A DNA stretch of 60,237 nucleotides, the filler included, from Platydemus manokwari (Eukaryota): NCBI GenBank assembly GCA_037951405.1. It is 4 parts of 4 records of this genome, joined end to end, with 100 filler letters (N's around TTAATTAATTAA, not from the genome) between each part and the next. Parts side by side here need not be neighbours in the genome. Positions count along the whole stretch, not along the records: positions 1 to 29,068 come from JBBMOY010000006.1; 3 more parts are not named here. One strand, written 5' to 3'. The translations under genes and the position numbers were made by a program. Of this stretch, positions 1-14,950 are shown one piece after another (the first letter of the stretch is position 1; each line of letters begins with the position of its first letter). The notes beneath the pieces are model-generated. The model was not told where the DNA came from. It saw only the letters and a list, made by a program, of their open reading frames with translations, and ran no database searches.

Positions 1-13
1 GATCAAAACTCAC

Positions 14-3000
14 TTGAGCCAATACCCATTTAACCATTGGACCACACGCATTACTTGCTTTATTCACCTTTTCGAAATTATAGTCTGGATTGCTAAGATA
101 TTTCTTTTTCATTGTATCACGAATGGCATCACTGAAACATAGAATCATAATATTGGATTAATTAACATCATATATAAAAGCAAGTGATTACAATATAAAT
201 AGCCAGAACTAGAACTTACGTTACTTCATCCGTGTTGAAATTAAGAATGCTCGGTACAAAATTATCTTTAATAATAACTTTGAGAATAGATTGCCAATCC
301 GTTGTTTTTTCACCCAACAACAAACAAATAGATTCAACAGCAATCTTAACCATAGGAGGCGGATTTTTCATAGCCTTAATTTCTTGAATATCTTTTTTAC
401 GAATATTTTGAACAGCTAAATACATATTTTAATGTACAAAAAATACGAGAAAAGATGTTTACCTTGTTTAGCTTCATTGACGGTAGGTTCCACTTGATCT
501 AATTCAAGTCGTACAGTTTTTTGCTTTTCATTTACAAATTGTTCCTGTTTAGCTAATTGTTCTTTTAGTTTTTGTCCAGTTGTCTTCTTCTGTTCTGCTT
601 CCTGTTGATCTTGAACCATTTGTTTTAATTTTGCATTAGCAGCTTCGTTCATGTTTTCTAATTCTTGTCGTTTATTTGTCAGTGACTTTTGCATAACTTC
701 CACTTGATCAACAGTTTGCTCAATCTTTTTCAAACCATTATTTAAATGTAATTGTTGCTCCTCCAAATCAGCTCGTTTTTCAGCGGACAATTTCATGTAG
801 TGGGCAATTAAATCTAAATAATGTCGAGGAGTTATAGCAGCAGTACGACCACCTCTCTTTTGAACGCGCACGTTAGCTTGATGCATTGTTTGATGTACAA
901 ATACTAAAGCATTGACAACAACATCTCTATAACTTGGATTTGCTGGAAGCAGTCCTTCAGCAACACATGGTAATGTATCTGGAACTTGATAATCCATTCT
1001 TTCAAGATCTAATCGATTTGTAAATTCTTTGCCAACCTATAATAATAATGTTAAGAATTTGACATATTTATTTTGCTAAATATTATAATATAATCATTTT
1101 AACTAGATGATTTTGCAGTTTATCAATATCTCAATATAGGATCAAATAAAAGTCATCCATAATAAGTATTTTCATTAAAAGTTTAAAAAATACTCATTGG
1201 AATTTGAAATTTATAATTATGAAAGCAAAAAAATTGTGATAGAATATAGCTGGAAAGTTTAACCAATAAAAGATTTATCAGATGAAATAAATGTAACATT
1301 TACTATAAAAACAATTTCGAAATATCTTTTAAGTCTTTCATAACATGAATATGGGAACATGATGAGATGAATATCACGAGATCTATTATGAAGCTAATGA
1401 ATGACGTGAAACAAGGAAATAAAATACTTTTTAAAAAACTAATCATAAGATATTAAAAAATACCTACCTGGAAGTAAGCTTCTAATGACCAATCTCCAAA
1501 CCAATTCAAAACACATCGATTGAAAAGAGCTGGTGATGTGCTGGCTTTGTCTTTAAGTCCATCTGCTGATGGATTCATTGTAAATACTACATGCAGATTT
1601 CTACATATTTGTTGAGTAAACCATTTATATAACTCTTCTTGAGAATCAATCATTAAACCTTCTCTGATAGCTCCTTCCTTACATTGTGTCATTAATGTGG
1701 TTAATTCATCACCTTCGAACAATCCAGGTACTTCACCGTTGGCTAAAAGTGTGTTCATTCTTTCAAGAAAGCTTGAGTCCATAACATTTGATTCATCCAT
1801 AATAAATGTTATTTTTTCACCTTTACAACCAGAGCGTCGCAAAACATTTCGCAAATCTTCATCAAAATCTTCAGCGGTATATTTATTATGAACTTTGACT
1901 TGGAAAACACTCAGACCATTTATCCATGAAACAAATCTTGACAAAGTAGTTTTACCGGCGCCACTTATTCCAATTAATAAAAGATGTCCTTGAGGCTGTC
2001 TAAATACTCTGTCAATTCTCAAGACATGATCCAAGACTTGATTGAACAATACCAATGGAACATCCAATTCTTCTTCATAAAAGACTTTCAATCTAGCTTT
2101 TACATAATCTCTCAATTCTTCTTGGCTAACTGCACTGTAGTCTTTGCTTAACCAATTACTATATAAAATTGGACGTTTTAGTGCTTCTTCTTTGTTTATA
2201 TTTGGAAAATGTTTCAGTGCTACTTCATTAATATTATCATCTGTCCACTGCCTTTCTTCTTCTTCAACTAATCTATCCTGGAACAATCGTAAAGCTTCAT
2301 GTGCCCAAATTCTAACTAAACCTTCCACAGACAAAGATTCTAAAGGTTTCAATGCTTCATGAATACCCCTGACCCACCGTGTCATTTCTCTAGGACTGTA
2401 AATATAATGCGGTTGCATATCATGAGTAAAACGCTCTTGAGTCTTCAAAAAGAATTCAACCATAGCATTCGTTAATGTGTCTGCGTGTCCTCTGAGTGCA
2501 GGTAACATTCTTAGCATAGCTCTATTAAAAGTAGAATAAATTTGTTTCAATGATGTTTCGCCAGGATAATCAACGTATACAACCGGAACGTGTCGAAGGA
2601 ATCTATGTGTTAAAGGTTTTCTTCCTGGATCAGTAGGAGGATTGCAAGCTCCAACAAATTGAATACGTTCAAAACTCACCCATTGCATATCAGTTATTCT
2701 ATAAAATCCATGATGTTCAACCATTTGCCTCAGAAAACTTATCACCCTTTGCGTTCCATATTTATCCATATCTGGTAGATTAATTTCATCGCAAAAAAAT
2801 ATAAGCCATTTATTTAATTGCTGAGGAGCCAATACAATGCCATTTGGTGTTTTTCTATATTCGCAATATTGATCAAATGTTTTTAACATTAGTTCTGGCG
2901 TTGTAGCACTACTGAAATTGAGACCAACAACTTCCATATCTGGAAGGCATCTCAAAGCACTAAATAATGTCATCGTTTTTCCTGATCCGGGGGGTCCACA

Positions 3001-6000
3001 CAAGAGAACTGGTCTATGTTCTGCCAACCAAGTATAAAGTAATGATTCATGTCGAACAGTATCCATTGTTGGTACAACTACATCAGTTGCTGTAATTTTG
3101 TGGGTTTCAACTTCAATAACTGGAACTTTTTGCGACCAAGGTACCCAAGCACCCTGAATGTTAACTTCAAAATCGATAATATTTTTGAGTCCTTGTGCAT
3201 TTGGAAGATCGATAGTGCTAATATCCTTGATATAAGAACTCAATTGTTCACGGATTTTCAATTTACTATCTCCACTCATACTCCACACAATAGAAGACAC
3301 TAAAGACTTAGTAATGTAACCTTCGACTTGCTCATTGGTTAAAGGAAAATCGGAGTGTGTTTGATTATAATCAATAATATTTCGAATAGATTGCTTAATC
3401 ATTGAGAACAAACTGGTTAAAGCACGCAATCTCGTGAAATCCATAATATGTTCAAGTGGTGTACTGTAATCTAAACATTTGACAATTAGTCCATCTTCTG
3501 TAAAGAAAGGAGTAAGTATTGCTATCACTTGAGATTGTAATTGAAGAATTGGAGAGTTTGCTAATTTCGATTCAGCCTCAGAACCAGATACATTTTCGGT
3601 CTTTGTAGTTGAAAAATCTTCTTCGCCTTCCATTACTTGTACGTGTTTCAATTCATTCAAGAAATTTGTTAAAATCATTCCAGTGGTTAATACATCTTCA
3701 CTAAACCATACCATACCACATCTTGAAACTGTAGCCAATGTTGCATATTTTAAATCCTGTACTTCAAACATTATTCTGACATTAGGTGGAATTGCCAAAC
3801 GTTCACCATTTGGTAATGTTAATAATTTATTATCATCTAAAACAGAATTAAGATTTTCAACCCATTCGGGATCAACATCTCCATCAAATATAATCCATTG
3901 ACGTTTATTGCTTTCTCCACGAACACTATCAATTATTCTTCTAAGAATATGAGTAAATAAACCATCTGTCCATTCTCTGGTATTGGGATCCATATAGCCA
4001 TAAAGAGAATCTTTACTTATAGATTTCGGATCTATTATATGAGCTACTCCTTCTATTCCATCGATATTTTGTAAAGCTTCTAATAATACCTTACATGCCA
4101 TTGTTTTGCCACTTCCAGAAGGTCCTACCATCATTAAACCATGATGAATTGTTGTAATCTGATAAAGTTGCAACACTTTTTCAACCCACAAATAACCAGC
4201 TGTATTTGGTTCATTACTGTATACCAAAAACTTGCTTTCTGATACCTTCTTTAACTCATCTCGTAACCGTTTCATTTCTGCTTGTTTATATTCGACACCG
4301 GGGAACACATCTGTTAGCAAGGAATATAATAATGGAATATCTTCAGCAATTAATTTCGGAACCATTGTTTCCATAACTGATTGTATAAGAATTTCCTGTT
4401 CTGGTAATTGTTCAGCAATAGCTGTTTCATTTATTTCTTCTCCTCGAGCCGCGATTTGTTCTTTAACTTGTCTGATTCGTTCTCTCTTGACATTTCCAGC
4501 TGATACAAGGACACTCTTCAATGCTCTCAGCCCAAAATCATAATGCGACTGTTGTGAAAGCTGTTCATCACACAATTTGAAAAATGGAACTACTTTTCCA
4601 GCAAGGATTTCAGCCGTTCTAAATCCTTGTGAATATAACATAACTTGAGCAATAAGTTGCCTATCTGGTTGAGTCATAGCTAATGATCTGAAAAGTTTTT
4701 TCAAATTATCCGGTAAATTAGATCTTCCAGCATAACCAGGATTCATTGTAATAAATATTGCCATATCAGGATTTACTCTTACTTGTTTACCGAGCAATTC
4801 TACATTTATTGAATCTTTTTTAGACACCATTAATTCTCTCAATGCTTCTTGAATTCCTTGAATCTGCTGCGAAACAGCGGATAACATTCTTTCTTCTAAT
4901 CTGTTAAATTCATCAAAACAACCCCAAGCTCCTACTTGACACAGACCAACAAATATTCTACCCATGGCTTGGAAGTCAAAGGTTTCGTCACAATTAAACA
5001 CTAAAACAAATCTTCCTAGTTGATTTCCTAAAGACTTAACAGATTCTGTTTTACCAGTACCAGCTGGACCAAATGGTGAACCTCCTAGTCTGGCTTCCAA
5101 TGCTTGCGTCATTGTCAAGTAACATCTATCAGTCAATGGAGTTTGAACTAATCTATCACAGACTCCAAGATATTCAAACCCATAGTGAAATTTAGCATTA
5201 GCAACGTGAATGCTTAGTTGATGCAATGGATCAGTTTGTTTAGGATCGAAATAAAATCTCATTTGGCTCATCCAATCAAAATTCTTGTTACTATTTACTC
5301 CTTCATTATGTAAAGCTCTTAAAACATCTCTTTGATGAACATATTCAATGATTAAGTGTTCTAATTTCCTTCTTCTTACTGGGGGTTGTTCGTATAAAAC
5401 AGTATCTGCAAGCATATTCAAAGTGCTGTGAACAACATTCATCGTGGGCTCCAGACCAGAGCCTCCTCCCAAATTAGCTTCTACAGCTTCTGACCAAGTA
5501 ATCTGGGCAGCTAGCACAACTATTTGAGCTTGATATTTATCGACCCAAACCATGAATTTATCCTTGTCGATACTCGCTTCTGTTCTCCAGCCCTACAAAA
5601 GAATAATATAATAAAATATCAATTAATAATGTCAAATTTATAATAATAAATGTAGTAAAATCAAATTTACAGGGATTTCCTTAACGGCAACATTTAAATA
5701 TTTTGCTAATGACACACGCATTTCTTTTTCCATAGCAGTAAGCCATTCATTGATTCTTGGATGTTCGATAATAGATATCGGTGATACAAATCTCAGTTCT
5801 TCCCCTTCTTTAGACATCATTCCCAGAATTACTTTTTCATCTTCACTAAGAATAATGGAATGCACTCCAGCAAACATTTTCTTAAAGTGCTTTTGTAATT
5901 TTTTCAGATCTTTGCTATTACCAATGATTTCTAACAAATCTTCATCACCAACAAAATAAAATCTGAATTATTTTTAGCGATAAAAAAAATACACACAAAT

Positions 6001-9000
6001 AATCTCTTCACCTTGGAAAAGAAGATCTTTGTCTTTCTAAATATTCTCCTAATGATTTCTGAATTTTTCCCAGAAGATCAGCTAATCGTTCTAATTGCCG
6101 TTGTACATTTGCAATGTTTAAAACATCCGTAACAAGTGGTGATTTGGAAACTTTTTTCATGAGACCTAGAAATTCTGTGCTAACGCTTTGAAATCGCTGT
6201 GATTCCACTGGTAATAGGACTTTGATATCGGCAGATCCAACAAATATGCCGTCTAAATATATCCATCTTCGTTGAACATCAATCCAAACATCGAAAAGAG
6301 CGTTGATTTTATTGAGTCGGTCCTCCCATGCGGTAGCTTCTTCTTCGAATTGCTAGAAAGTGTTAATAAATGTTACAAATGAAAACACAATATTAACATA
6401 GAAACCACTCATAATCAATATCATTATTCAAATACCAACCTTGAAATATGGTGAGGCCTTCATACTTGTAACATTGTTTATGTGTTCCTTGACTTTATTG
6501 AACAAATCATCCCAACCTTTGATGATTTTACTTTTATTTTGATAATTTGTCAATTCTAGGACGTAGTTTTTCCATACTTCGGTGATCTGTCGTAAATATT
6601 CTTCCAATGCTTTCTCTCCTTGGGCAATAGCAAGGACTTCACGGATAATTTCTTCATTTTTCACCAAATCAATGTCCCAGATCTAAATAGATATTTACAA
6701 ATGGTGAAATTTTAATGCAAAATTATAAATTTGAACCCTTCCAAGTTGAAGCTCCGATAATGACCAATTGACATTGAGTTTTCTCATTAGCATTCTCCAA
6801 TGACGTTCTTTAATCGCTTCTGATTTCAATTCGACGATTGAAGCATTGACTTTGCTGTACATTTTCAACAATGAGCGAACATGTTCGAAAGATGCATATT
6901 GCTTGAAACTATTTGGAAGATCTTTCAATTGAGCTGAGAGATTTTCAATATCCTGTCGTAACTTTCGTGGTTGAACTGATAACCAAGGAGTCTCTTTCAT
7001 ATCTCGAATCTTTTCCCAAATACTTTTTAACTCATTCCAAACATTTTTCAAGTCCTAAATAAAATTCCTAAATATGAATACAAGAATATCGAACATACAT
7101 GTAATTCGCTGAGAGCATTTGTAACTTTTTCTTCACTTAAAGGTCTGACGCCGATTTCAGTTAATTCAAGAGCTTCTTTGGCTTTTTGAACATTTTCTCG
7201 TTCTTCCTTGAGTCTGTTGAATTTGCCTTCTAAAATTTGAATAATATTAACAGCTTCTTCTGGAGTAAGATCGCCAGCAATGGGTTTATCCTTTTCCCAA
7301 TTGCTTAAAACTTCAGATGTTTTTGATTCGACAATCTAACAGAGACAATAAAATTCATTTCAAACATAAATTGATAACTTTATCTTCTTCAGTTATTTTT
7401 ATTTGCAAACTCGCTACTTGGCTGGAAATCGTTTCTTGTTTTCGTCTCATAATTTCTTTAAAAGCACTCCATTCGCCCTGAATATTTTCACTGTCCAACC
7501 AATCATTTGGAAACTGGAATCTATCTCTGCAAAGAATATTTTGACCAGCTCTGCAGGCTTCAGCTTGTTTCTCCCACGTATTCATTTTCCTTTTAATGTT
7601 TTGTGTGTATGTGATAAAATTTACTGATTCATTCGTTCCACCGGAATCAATCGATTGTTGCTCAAGTTCATTTCGAGCTTTTTGAACATCATTGTATAAT
7701 GTTGTCATCATCTTTCCAAGATTAGAACCAAATTTGGTTAAGACTTCTTTATGCCAGTTATCGTATTTCATTGAAACTTTGGATTGAACTTTTCCAAAAG
7801 CAACAACCAATGGACCAAATTCTTTTTGCGTTTCAGCCACATCGAAATGCTTTCTCATGCTTTTAATTTCTTCAAGAACATTCATCCAAACCTGTTTGTG
7901 ATGCATAAATCAATTTTAGAAATAACGAAATACAAACAGTATTATCATCAGCTATTAACGAGAATAACTGATCTCCTTGGAGATCCCATAAAGATTGATA
8001 ATTAGTCCATGTTTTCACGTATTCATTTGCATCTCTCAGAATATTATGAACTGCTGCATAGGAATTTTCCAAGCTTTCACCAGAATTTGGTAAACTAGAC
8101 AGTAATTTCTTGTATGTTTTTTGATTATCTGATTCAGTTTCAAGACCGACCTTAATGAAATTGAAAAAATGTTAAAACAATTGTTTCCGAAACAAAGATA
8201 ATTCAACAAATCAACACAACTGAATTAACAAACACAGAAAAAGTTGGCGATTCAGTAAACATATATGCATTTACTTGTTCATTAGCAAATGACTAAATAA
8301 ATAGAAAAAACATTTTATTTGATTTTATAGAAGTTGATAATATATAAATACAATTGAGTCATTTTAAATGATAATTGGAACAGCAAAATCAATAATAATT
8401 GTTATTGTTATTATTATTATTAATATTATAATAATGGCTTCAATATCATAAAAAAATAACGAAAAACAATTAGATATAATGAATTATAATTATAATATAA
8501 AAGATATTATTTGATAAAAACTAGTGATAATAAATAAAATTATTAAATCTAATGGATATAAAATGTAAAACCTGATATCTCGAATGAACAATTCTGGGAA
8601 GATTTAATATAATATTTTGCCATGATGATAATTGATATAAAAGATCTTGAGTAGCAACTTCTATGCTTGGATAAAGATGCATTTGTTGATTTGTAATTCT
8701 CAATTCATGGATCAATTTTTTGATTTGTGGTTTGCCTCCTAATCGATGTTTCACCATTGACGTTACATCTGGATCAGTATCCTGATCATCATCTTCATCC
8801 TATATGACATATCGAGAGATTTAATCAGATTTTTCATTACAATAAATACATTACTTCTCGGTTTTCTCCTTTAAGGGCTTTTGTCCATTCCACTAATCCT
8901 GCTTCGAGCCGTACTATTAGTTTTTGTTCAACCAATGAATCCAAATTCGATACCCATTGTGCCAAATTTGAGAACTGATGTAAACTCATGTTATCCACGG

Positions 9001-12000
9001 CTTCTTGAATTCTTCCTTTAATTAAAAGAACCGTTAAGCAATATCAATAATAGAAGAAAACTCAACCTAATATTTCTTCAAATGTTTGTTTATTGTAGGA
9101 GCTGGTTTCAAGGGCTTTCACATCAAAATCTATTTCTTTAATCACAATAACAAGATCATCAACTTTTTCTTGGAAACTAAACACTAATTCAGCTAATTTT
9201 TGAACATATTGATCTAATCGGTAAGATTCCCATGTTATCTGGACACCTTCATTAATGCAGGATTGTACGTCCTTTCGTAAACCAGCAGTTAACAGTGAAA
9301 TATTTTGCATTTTGTGTTCTTCAATTTTGCTACATGTACTCTCATACGTTCTGACACTCTCAATGAGAGATATTGCAAAAGGATAAAGCTGATTTGCTGA
9401 ATGAGCTTTGTTAACAATTGATAGTGGCGTTCTGAATCCCAAAGCTCTCATATTTCTCACTTCTTTGGCTAATGTGATAACATCCGGTAAAAAGTTAACT
9501 TTCAATTTTAGAACGGTAATTTTTTGTGGTTCTCTATCACGAACAGTGACAACAGTTCTTGTTGATTCAACATTAAAAATGGATCCAGAGACTGATAACG
9601 ATTTTTCGGCTACTTTTTTCGACCATTCTTCAAATAATTCGTTTGTATTCAACTTTAATTTGAAACTTTCACCGTCAGCCTTCAATTTCTGCCCTTCAAT
9701 ATGTTGTGCCCAATCTTTTCCTAAAACGTCTTCAACTCTTTTCATGTAAGCATTGAGTTGCCGCAAAATTTGACGCACCCAGATGATTGATCCTGAAACT
9801 GGTGGCAGATCCCTGACTCTACTCATTTTACAGGCCGTGCTTGAAGCATATTGGACTTTGAATTTATTATGTAATGCTTCGATATCATCTTTAACACGTT
9901 GGATCAACTGAGTTTGATATTCTCCAATAGCACCTCGAATATGTGGGCGAACAAACAGAGCATTAAATCGGGAAAAGTAACGAAACATTTCATTAGCATT
10001 TTTCGATTGTCCAAGTAAATCTCTCAAATGAGAAGCAATTCTGGACTCAACTCGATCAATTCGTTCTTCGTATCTTTTTTATTAATAAAGACCTGATAAG
10101 CAATAATTTTGTTATACAAATATTTACCTTTTATTTGCTGCATCCCATTCATCGTTTTCTTCTTTAGCAAAGTCTAGACAATCAACGTTTTTCACGATTT
10201 CATAAGCAGCATTGACTTCATCAATTGAACTTGTATCTGCAGTTTCGGTTAACAACGAGTATGCTTTGTCTCCTTTTTCAGTTACTTGTTCTTTGGATCC
10301 CCCTGCATCTACACCAGGCACAGCTTTGGCAACTGGTTTTAAAACACGTACAATAACTTGACGCAATTGTTCATGTTGATAGCGGAATCTATCAAATAAC
10401 AAATAAATTATTTATTATTACTTTTAAAATATTTTGAAAATAAACAATTTAACTAAAGAATCTTATATTAAAATGATGTCTGTTTTGTTAAATGTCAGAA
10501 TAAGGTGCAGTATAAATGCAATTCCAATGCAATCCAAAGACGACTATTCATAATATATAAGAAAAAGATAGCTAAAATTTTAAAAAAATATCAGCAAATT
10601 CATATAATATTTAAATGTCTTTCAATTCAATTATATTTATAAGATTGAAATGTCTAAAAATAAAGTGAATAATTGAATTCGAATCGATAATAAATCCAGG
10701 ATTTAGTAAAACATATTGATTTTTGCCACATGTACAAAAACAATATTTACCGTGTTGGCTAAATCTATATTGACAAATGCAAAATATAGCAATCATTAAA
10801 CAACTAAATTCAAGAGACACATTGAACGTGACAGAAATTGAATGAGATTATTGAATTTCTGATCGTGTTTACTATTTTCTTTGTCAGTGAAGGGTTAAGA
10901 AAAAATATCGATTATTATTTCATATTGAATATTAATTGAAAATTGATTACAAAACACTTCAAATAGTTTCAATGAGTTGAAAATCAATTTCATAATATTG
11001 ATCAATTGTAGAGACAGATTTGTGCTCAATTTTTTCATTAGCATAAAATAAAAATGACTAAATCGAAATTAAAATGCCAACCTATTAGATCATGTTAATT
11101 TCAGATCAAGTGAATTATCAATTACAAATTTTAATCATAATTAAAAGTTAATTAATTAACAATTAATCAAATATATAATTAATTTCAAATAAAAAATAAA
11201 ATTATATAAAGGTGATATTAAAATGAAAAAACAACTTTTTAATATTTTCTAATCGAGTTTGCAATTTTTTATGGGTAGCATTCATTTTCCAAGCAAATTT
11301 AGAGAATTCTTCGCGTTTCTTTTTGGCCATATCTCGTAAAAGGTTTTGCATTTTATCGTATTCATCTTCCCAAGTGCTGAACACTTGCTGACAGGCGATA
11401 ATGATTTTCTCGAATTCATCATATGGCATGCTCATCAAATGCATTGTGCTGATCACCTACAATTAATCGAATAACATCAACTTGTCCTTTTATAAAAACA
11501 ATATCGGTGGATTTACTTTCATTAATTGTGTTGTTAAATCTCGAGAAAGAGCTTCCATCAGTTTAATAATGCGATTAACAGGATATTTCGTTGCTCGAAC
11601 TTTCTTGAGATGAGAAAAGATTTGCTGTAAAGCTTCACTGATTTTATCCAATTGACTGGCAGACAACAAATCATTTATGGGAAAATCTTTCATTAATTGA
11701 TTATAATCTTTGACAAGACTCTTAGCAGAAGAAAGAGCTAATATTATAATAAACGAAACTAGAATTCGATTTAACAATATTATTTACCTGTGTCTGTATC
11801 AAAACTTGTGGTGGCATGGAAACGTTTAGCTTGTTTCAAAATATTTAACGTGAGTGTAACTTCCAAAGATTCCCGTTTTTCTTGAATTTTATCCAAGCTA
11901 TGTTCAAGATTTAACCAAAACGATATTTCTTGTAGAGCAGTTCCCGTGCTAGGATCTCGGTTTAATTTCGTCACCTAAATAATCATATATCAATTCAATT

Positions 12001-12931
12001 AGCCCAATGTTATAGTAAAACCTTTTGAATTTCTTTTATCCATCTGTTAACACCAGCTTGTAACTGGTTGAGAAATTGAGTGTCTTCATTTTTATCTTCA
12101 AAATCGGAGACCTTGGCTTCTTTATTTTGAGCTAGTTTCTCTTGAATAACGTGTACAACATAAGGATGAGCTACAAGTGTGATTTCTGGAATTTCAATAT
12201 TTTGTTGCAAATGTAATAAGCCGATTTCTAATTCTGCGATTTTCTTTTCGACACTTGGTACCATCTTATCACTTGAAGAACTGGAACAAATAACAATATT
12301 ATAAAAACCTCTTCAATAATATTATAAAAATATCAAGAATTTTATCAAATAAAGTGCGAAATAATTAAATAAAAACATTTACCTACTATCTTTACCAATT
12401 TTTTTGATATAGGACTTAAAGAATGGTAGAAGCCCGTAACATACCAGTGAATGCATTGATTCGAATGGTGGACCGTCACAGTAGCTGAGAACTTGTAATT
12501 GGGAACTTATCATTTTATCAGCTTCAATCACTTGAGTGTTTTTAATAAAAATAGACGTTTGACTTTTGTTAGATTCAAATTGAACTTCATTTAAAATTTT
12601 GAAGGAATATTCTAACTCTGATCCTTCTTCCTCTTCTTCAAAAAAAATATATTAGTGAGTTATAACTGTTAGTTATGTAAATGTATTAACCTCTTTTAGT
12701 TTGTTGAATGCATAGAGTTGTGATTTGAGAGTCGTTGATAAATTTTATTAAATATTCTTCGTTTTGAGGCTCTGATAGAAACAATTCGTAATCTTTTCTT
12801 GATTTACTTTCGTCATCATTTAACATGCATGGAAATGCATACAATGTTAAATATTTGATGAACTTTGTAACACTAATAGCAGTAACTTCCTGATCGGAAG
12901 ATTGTGCGGTAATATTTGCTGTTTCAGTCAT
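14..12931 (-). CDS. DYNC1H1: Cytoplasmic dynein 1 heavy chain, N-terminal tail through AAA1-AAA4 and stalk/MTBD; 3' end lies outside the window
   Basis: Walker A motifs [32 protein letters not shown]. Dynein signatures [59 protein letters not shown]. Cytoplasmic-type tail [24 protein letters not shown]. Manually inferred in-frame GT-AG exons: 12931-12691, 12635-12383, 12280-12022, 11974-11788, 11737-11517, 11456-11236, 10388-10128, 10073-9067, 9015-8855, 8799-8572, 8150-7938, 7891-7379, 7335-7099, 7054-6737, 6682-6440, 6352-6012, 5962-5671, 5592-1468, 1036-463, 415-220, 131-14. Confidence 0.98.
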
Positions 12932-13472
12932 ACATAAATTTCGTAAATAAATGAACAGACGTTAAGTTTAAAAATATGAAATTATTCTAGTAAAACAAAA
13001 TTATTGGAACAGTTATTCAGCTTGCATAAATTATTATATATTTTAAAAGAAATTTTTTATAATTTTTTTTAGGGTCATTAATGATTTTTATGTTAAATCA
13101 TAATTTCTTGATTGGAACATTTTAAATATCTACAACCATCAAACGATTAATATAATTCTAATAACTTCCAGTCCATTTATGACTAATTTACTAAAAACCT
13201 TTCCAGAAATATAGAAGGTACTCTAAGTTTAAAAAAAACTTCGTGTAATTTATAAGAAGCCTAAGTTTATCAAATTATAAAAAATAAAATAGTTTAATAA
13301 AAATGTGTTAAGAAAATATGTTCTGAAAATGAATTTAATACACAAAATACATTAAAAAAATTTAATGATATGAATTTCATTATATCACAGTAAAAACATC
13401 AGTTACTTAGATTAAATTTTATTTATTTAAAAATCACAAGCGTTTCTTCTAATATTAAAACAAATCTCACTT

Positions 13473-14950
13473 TTATCTAACTTCCCTCTCCCGTTGTTTT
13501 TGAGATTCTTTTGAGCCACTCAATCCTTCAAAATTCTATGAGAACCTTCATAACTATCTCCGTTCTTCTTTATCTTATGTGGTTCTTTCTTCACTAAAAC
13601 CTCTTCTTCAACTGTGAAAATTCTACAACCTCTTTTTTCAGCTTCGAATTTCTTTAAGTTTGTTTCAGCTGGTTTTCCGTTTCTTTGATGATCCGGTCGT
13701 GATGGCTTGTTTCATTTAGTCGTAACCCATGCATATTAATTCTTCGACCAAATAATCTTTCAAAAGGAGAATATTGAATTGAACTTTGATATATTGCATT
13801 GACCATGAATTCTATCTGCCAGAATTCTCTGATACCTTCGTTGTTACCACCATCCTAATCATCCTTTCGGCTAAGCCATTTGCCAGATGTTGGTAATGTT
13901 AAATTCTTGTTTTATTCCAAATCGTGTTGCTAATTCTTTCATTTCCCTTCCTTCGAAGACTCTACCTCGATCAATGAATATCGATTTTGGGCAACCAAAC
14001 TTATTGATCCATTTATCGATGATGGGCTTCGAAATACTTGTTTCGTCTTGTCGAATAAGTGGCACCAAGCTTAATTACTTACTGAATCTATCTGCAATAA
14101 TCAACAGGTATTTAGTTTTAGTCATAAATTTCCCAAAGTGCGCAACATTAACAACGATCTGTTCCAAAGACCCAAACTCTTCCCTTGAAATCATAATCAC
14201 TTTAGTCAGTCCAGTGTATACCTTCCCTTTAGCACAAATATCACAATTCCGTACTTCATGTTCGATGCATCGTGACAAATATGGCCCGAAGTAAATTCTT
14301 TGAATATAATCAACCAATTTCTTTTTACCTATGTAGGACAACTCCTCATAAAGGTTTCTGCGAATGAACATCTGGTACAACAATTCGCTTCTTTTCATTC
14401 TCATTATATACCACCATATCTTCAAACAATTCATATTTCACATAAACTGTTAAAATATTTACTTTTCTTGATCGCTGAATTGATTCCTGTTTTCGTTTTC
14501 CCTAACCATTTTCGAATGGAACCATCGACAGTATATTTTTGTTGAATCTTTCTTAGTTCGTCGTTATTTGCAATTGAATAAATCGGCTTTTTGGTTTACC
14601 TTCTTTAGCCCCCTGGTGCTGAGTTAAGCACTGTGAACAAAATACTTCGCCTATTCTTGAGAGTCCATCCGATATTGAAGTTCGAAAATGAATCCAGATA
14701 AATTTGCAAAGCATGTTCGAAACTTTGGAAGTCTTTGGATCAGTGCGAATACAAATTTCTTTCCCAGTAGATAGTGCTTAAAATGCATAATAAACTCGTG
14801 GATTCTAAAACCACTAGTCTCTCTTTTCCATTGTCATCCAGCTGGCTTAGAACGCCTCCAATCGCTCATAATCTTTATGTTTATATCGTTTTAATTGTAA
14901 AATCAATGGAACATTTAAAGATCTTACTTGATAGCAACACTTTTGGGATT
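13473..14950 (-). mobile_element. Degenerate Ty3/Gypsy LTR-retrotransposon pol fragment (RNase H remnant + integrase)
   Basis: Minus-strand translation gives RNase H-like AIGGVLSQLDDNGKERLVV and DGLSR, integrase zinc motif CDIC, and DDE-core LIIADRFSK ... WINKFGCPKSIFIDRGRVF. RNase H precedes integrase (Gypsy order). Many stops and frameshifts. Purine tract GGGAGAGGGAAG at 13492-13481. Confidence 0.85.

Noticed and set aside
1697-9749. Plus-strand ORFs overlapping dynein (1697, 2144, 3049, 3683, 4232, 5750, 7403, 7784, 9408)
   Set aside because: Antisense shadows of dynein exons with no recognisable motifs.
10074-10094. Alternative CAG acceptor at 10093 for dynein exon 8
   Set aside because: Adds 19 nt and breaks the frame.
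10611-10820. ORF inside a dynein intron and similar short AT-rich ORFs (17095, 20239, 23628, 26444, 31734, 35501, 52645, 53950)
   Set aside because: F/I/L/K-biased chance ORFs without motifs or splice support.
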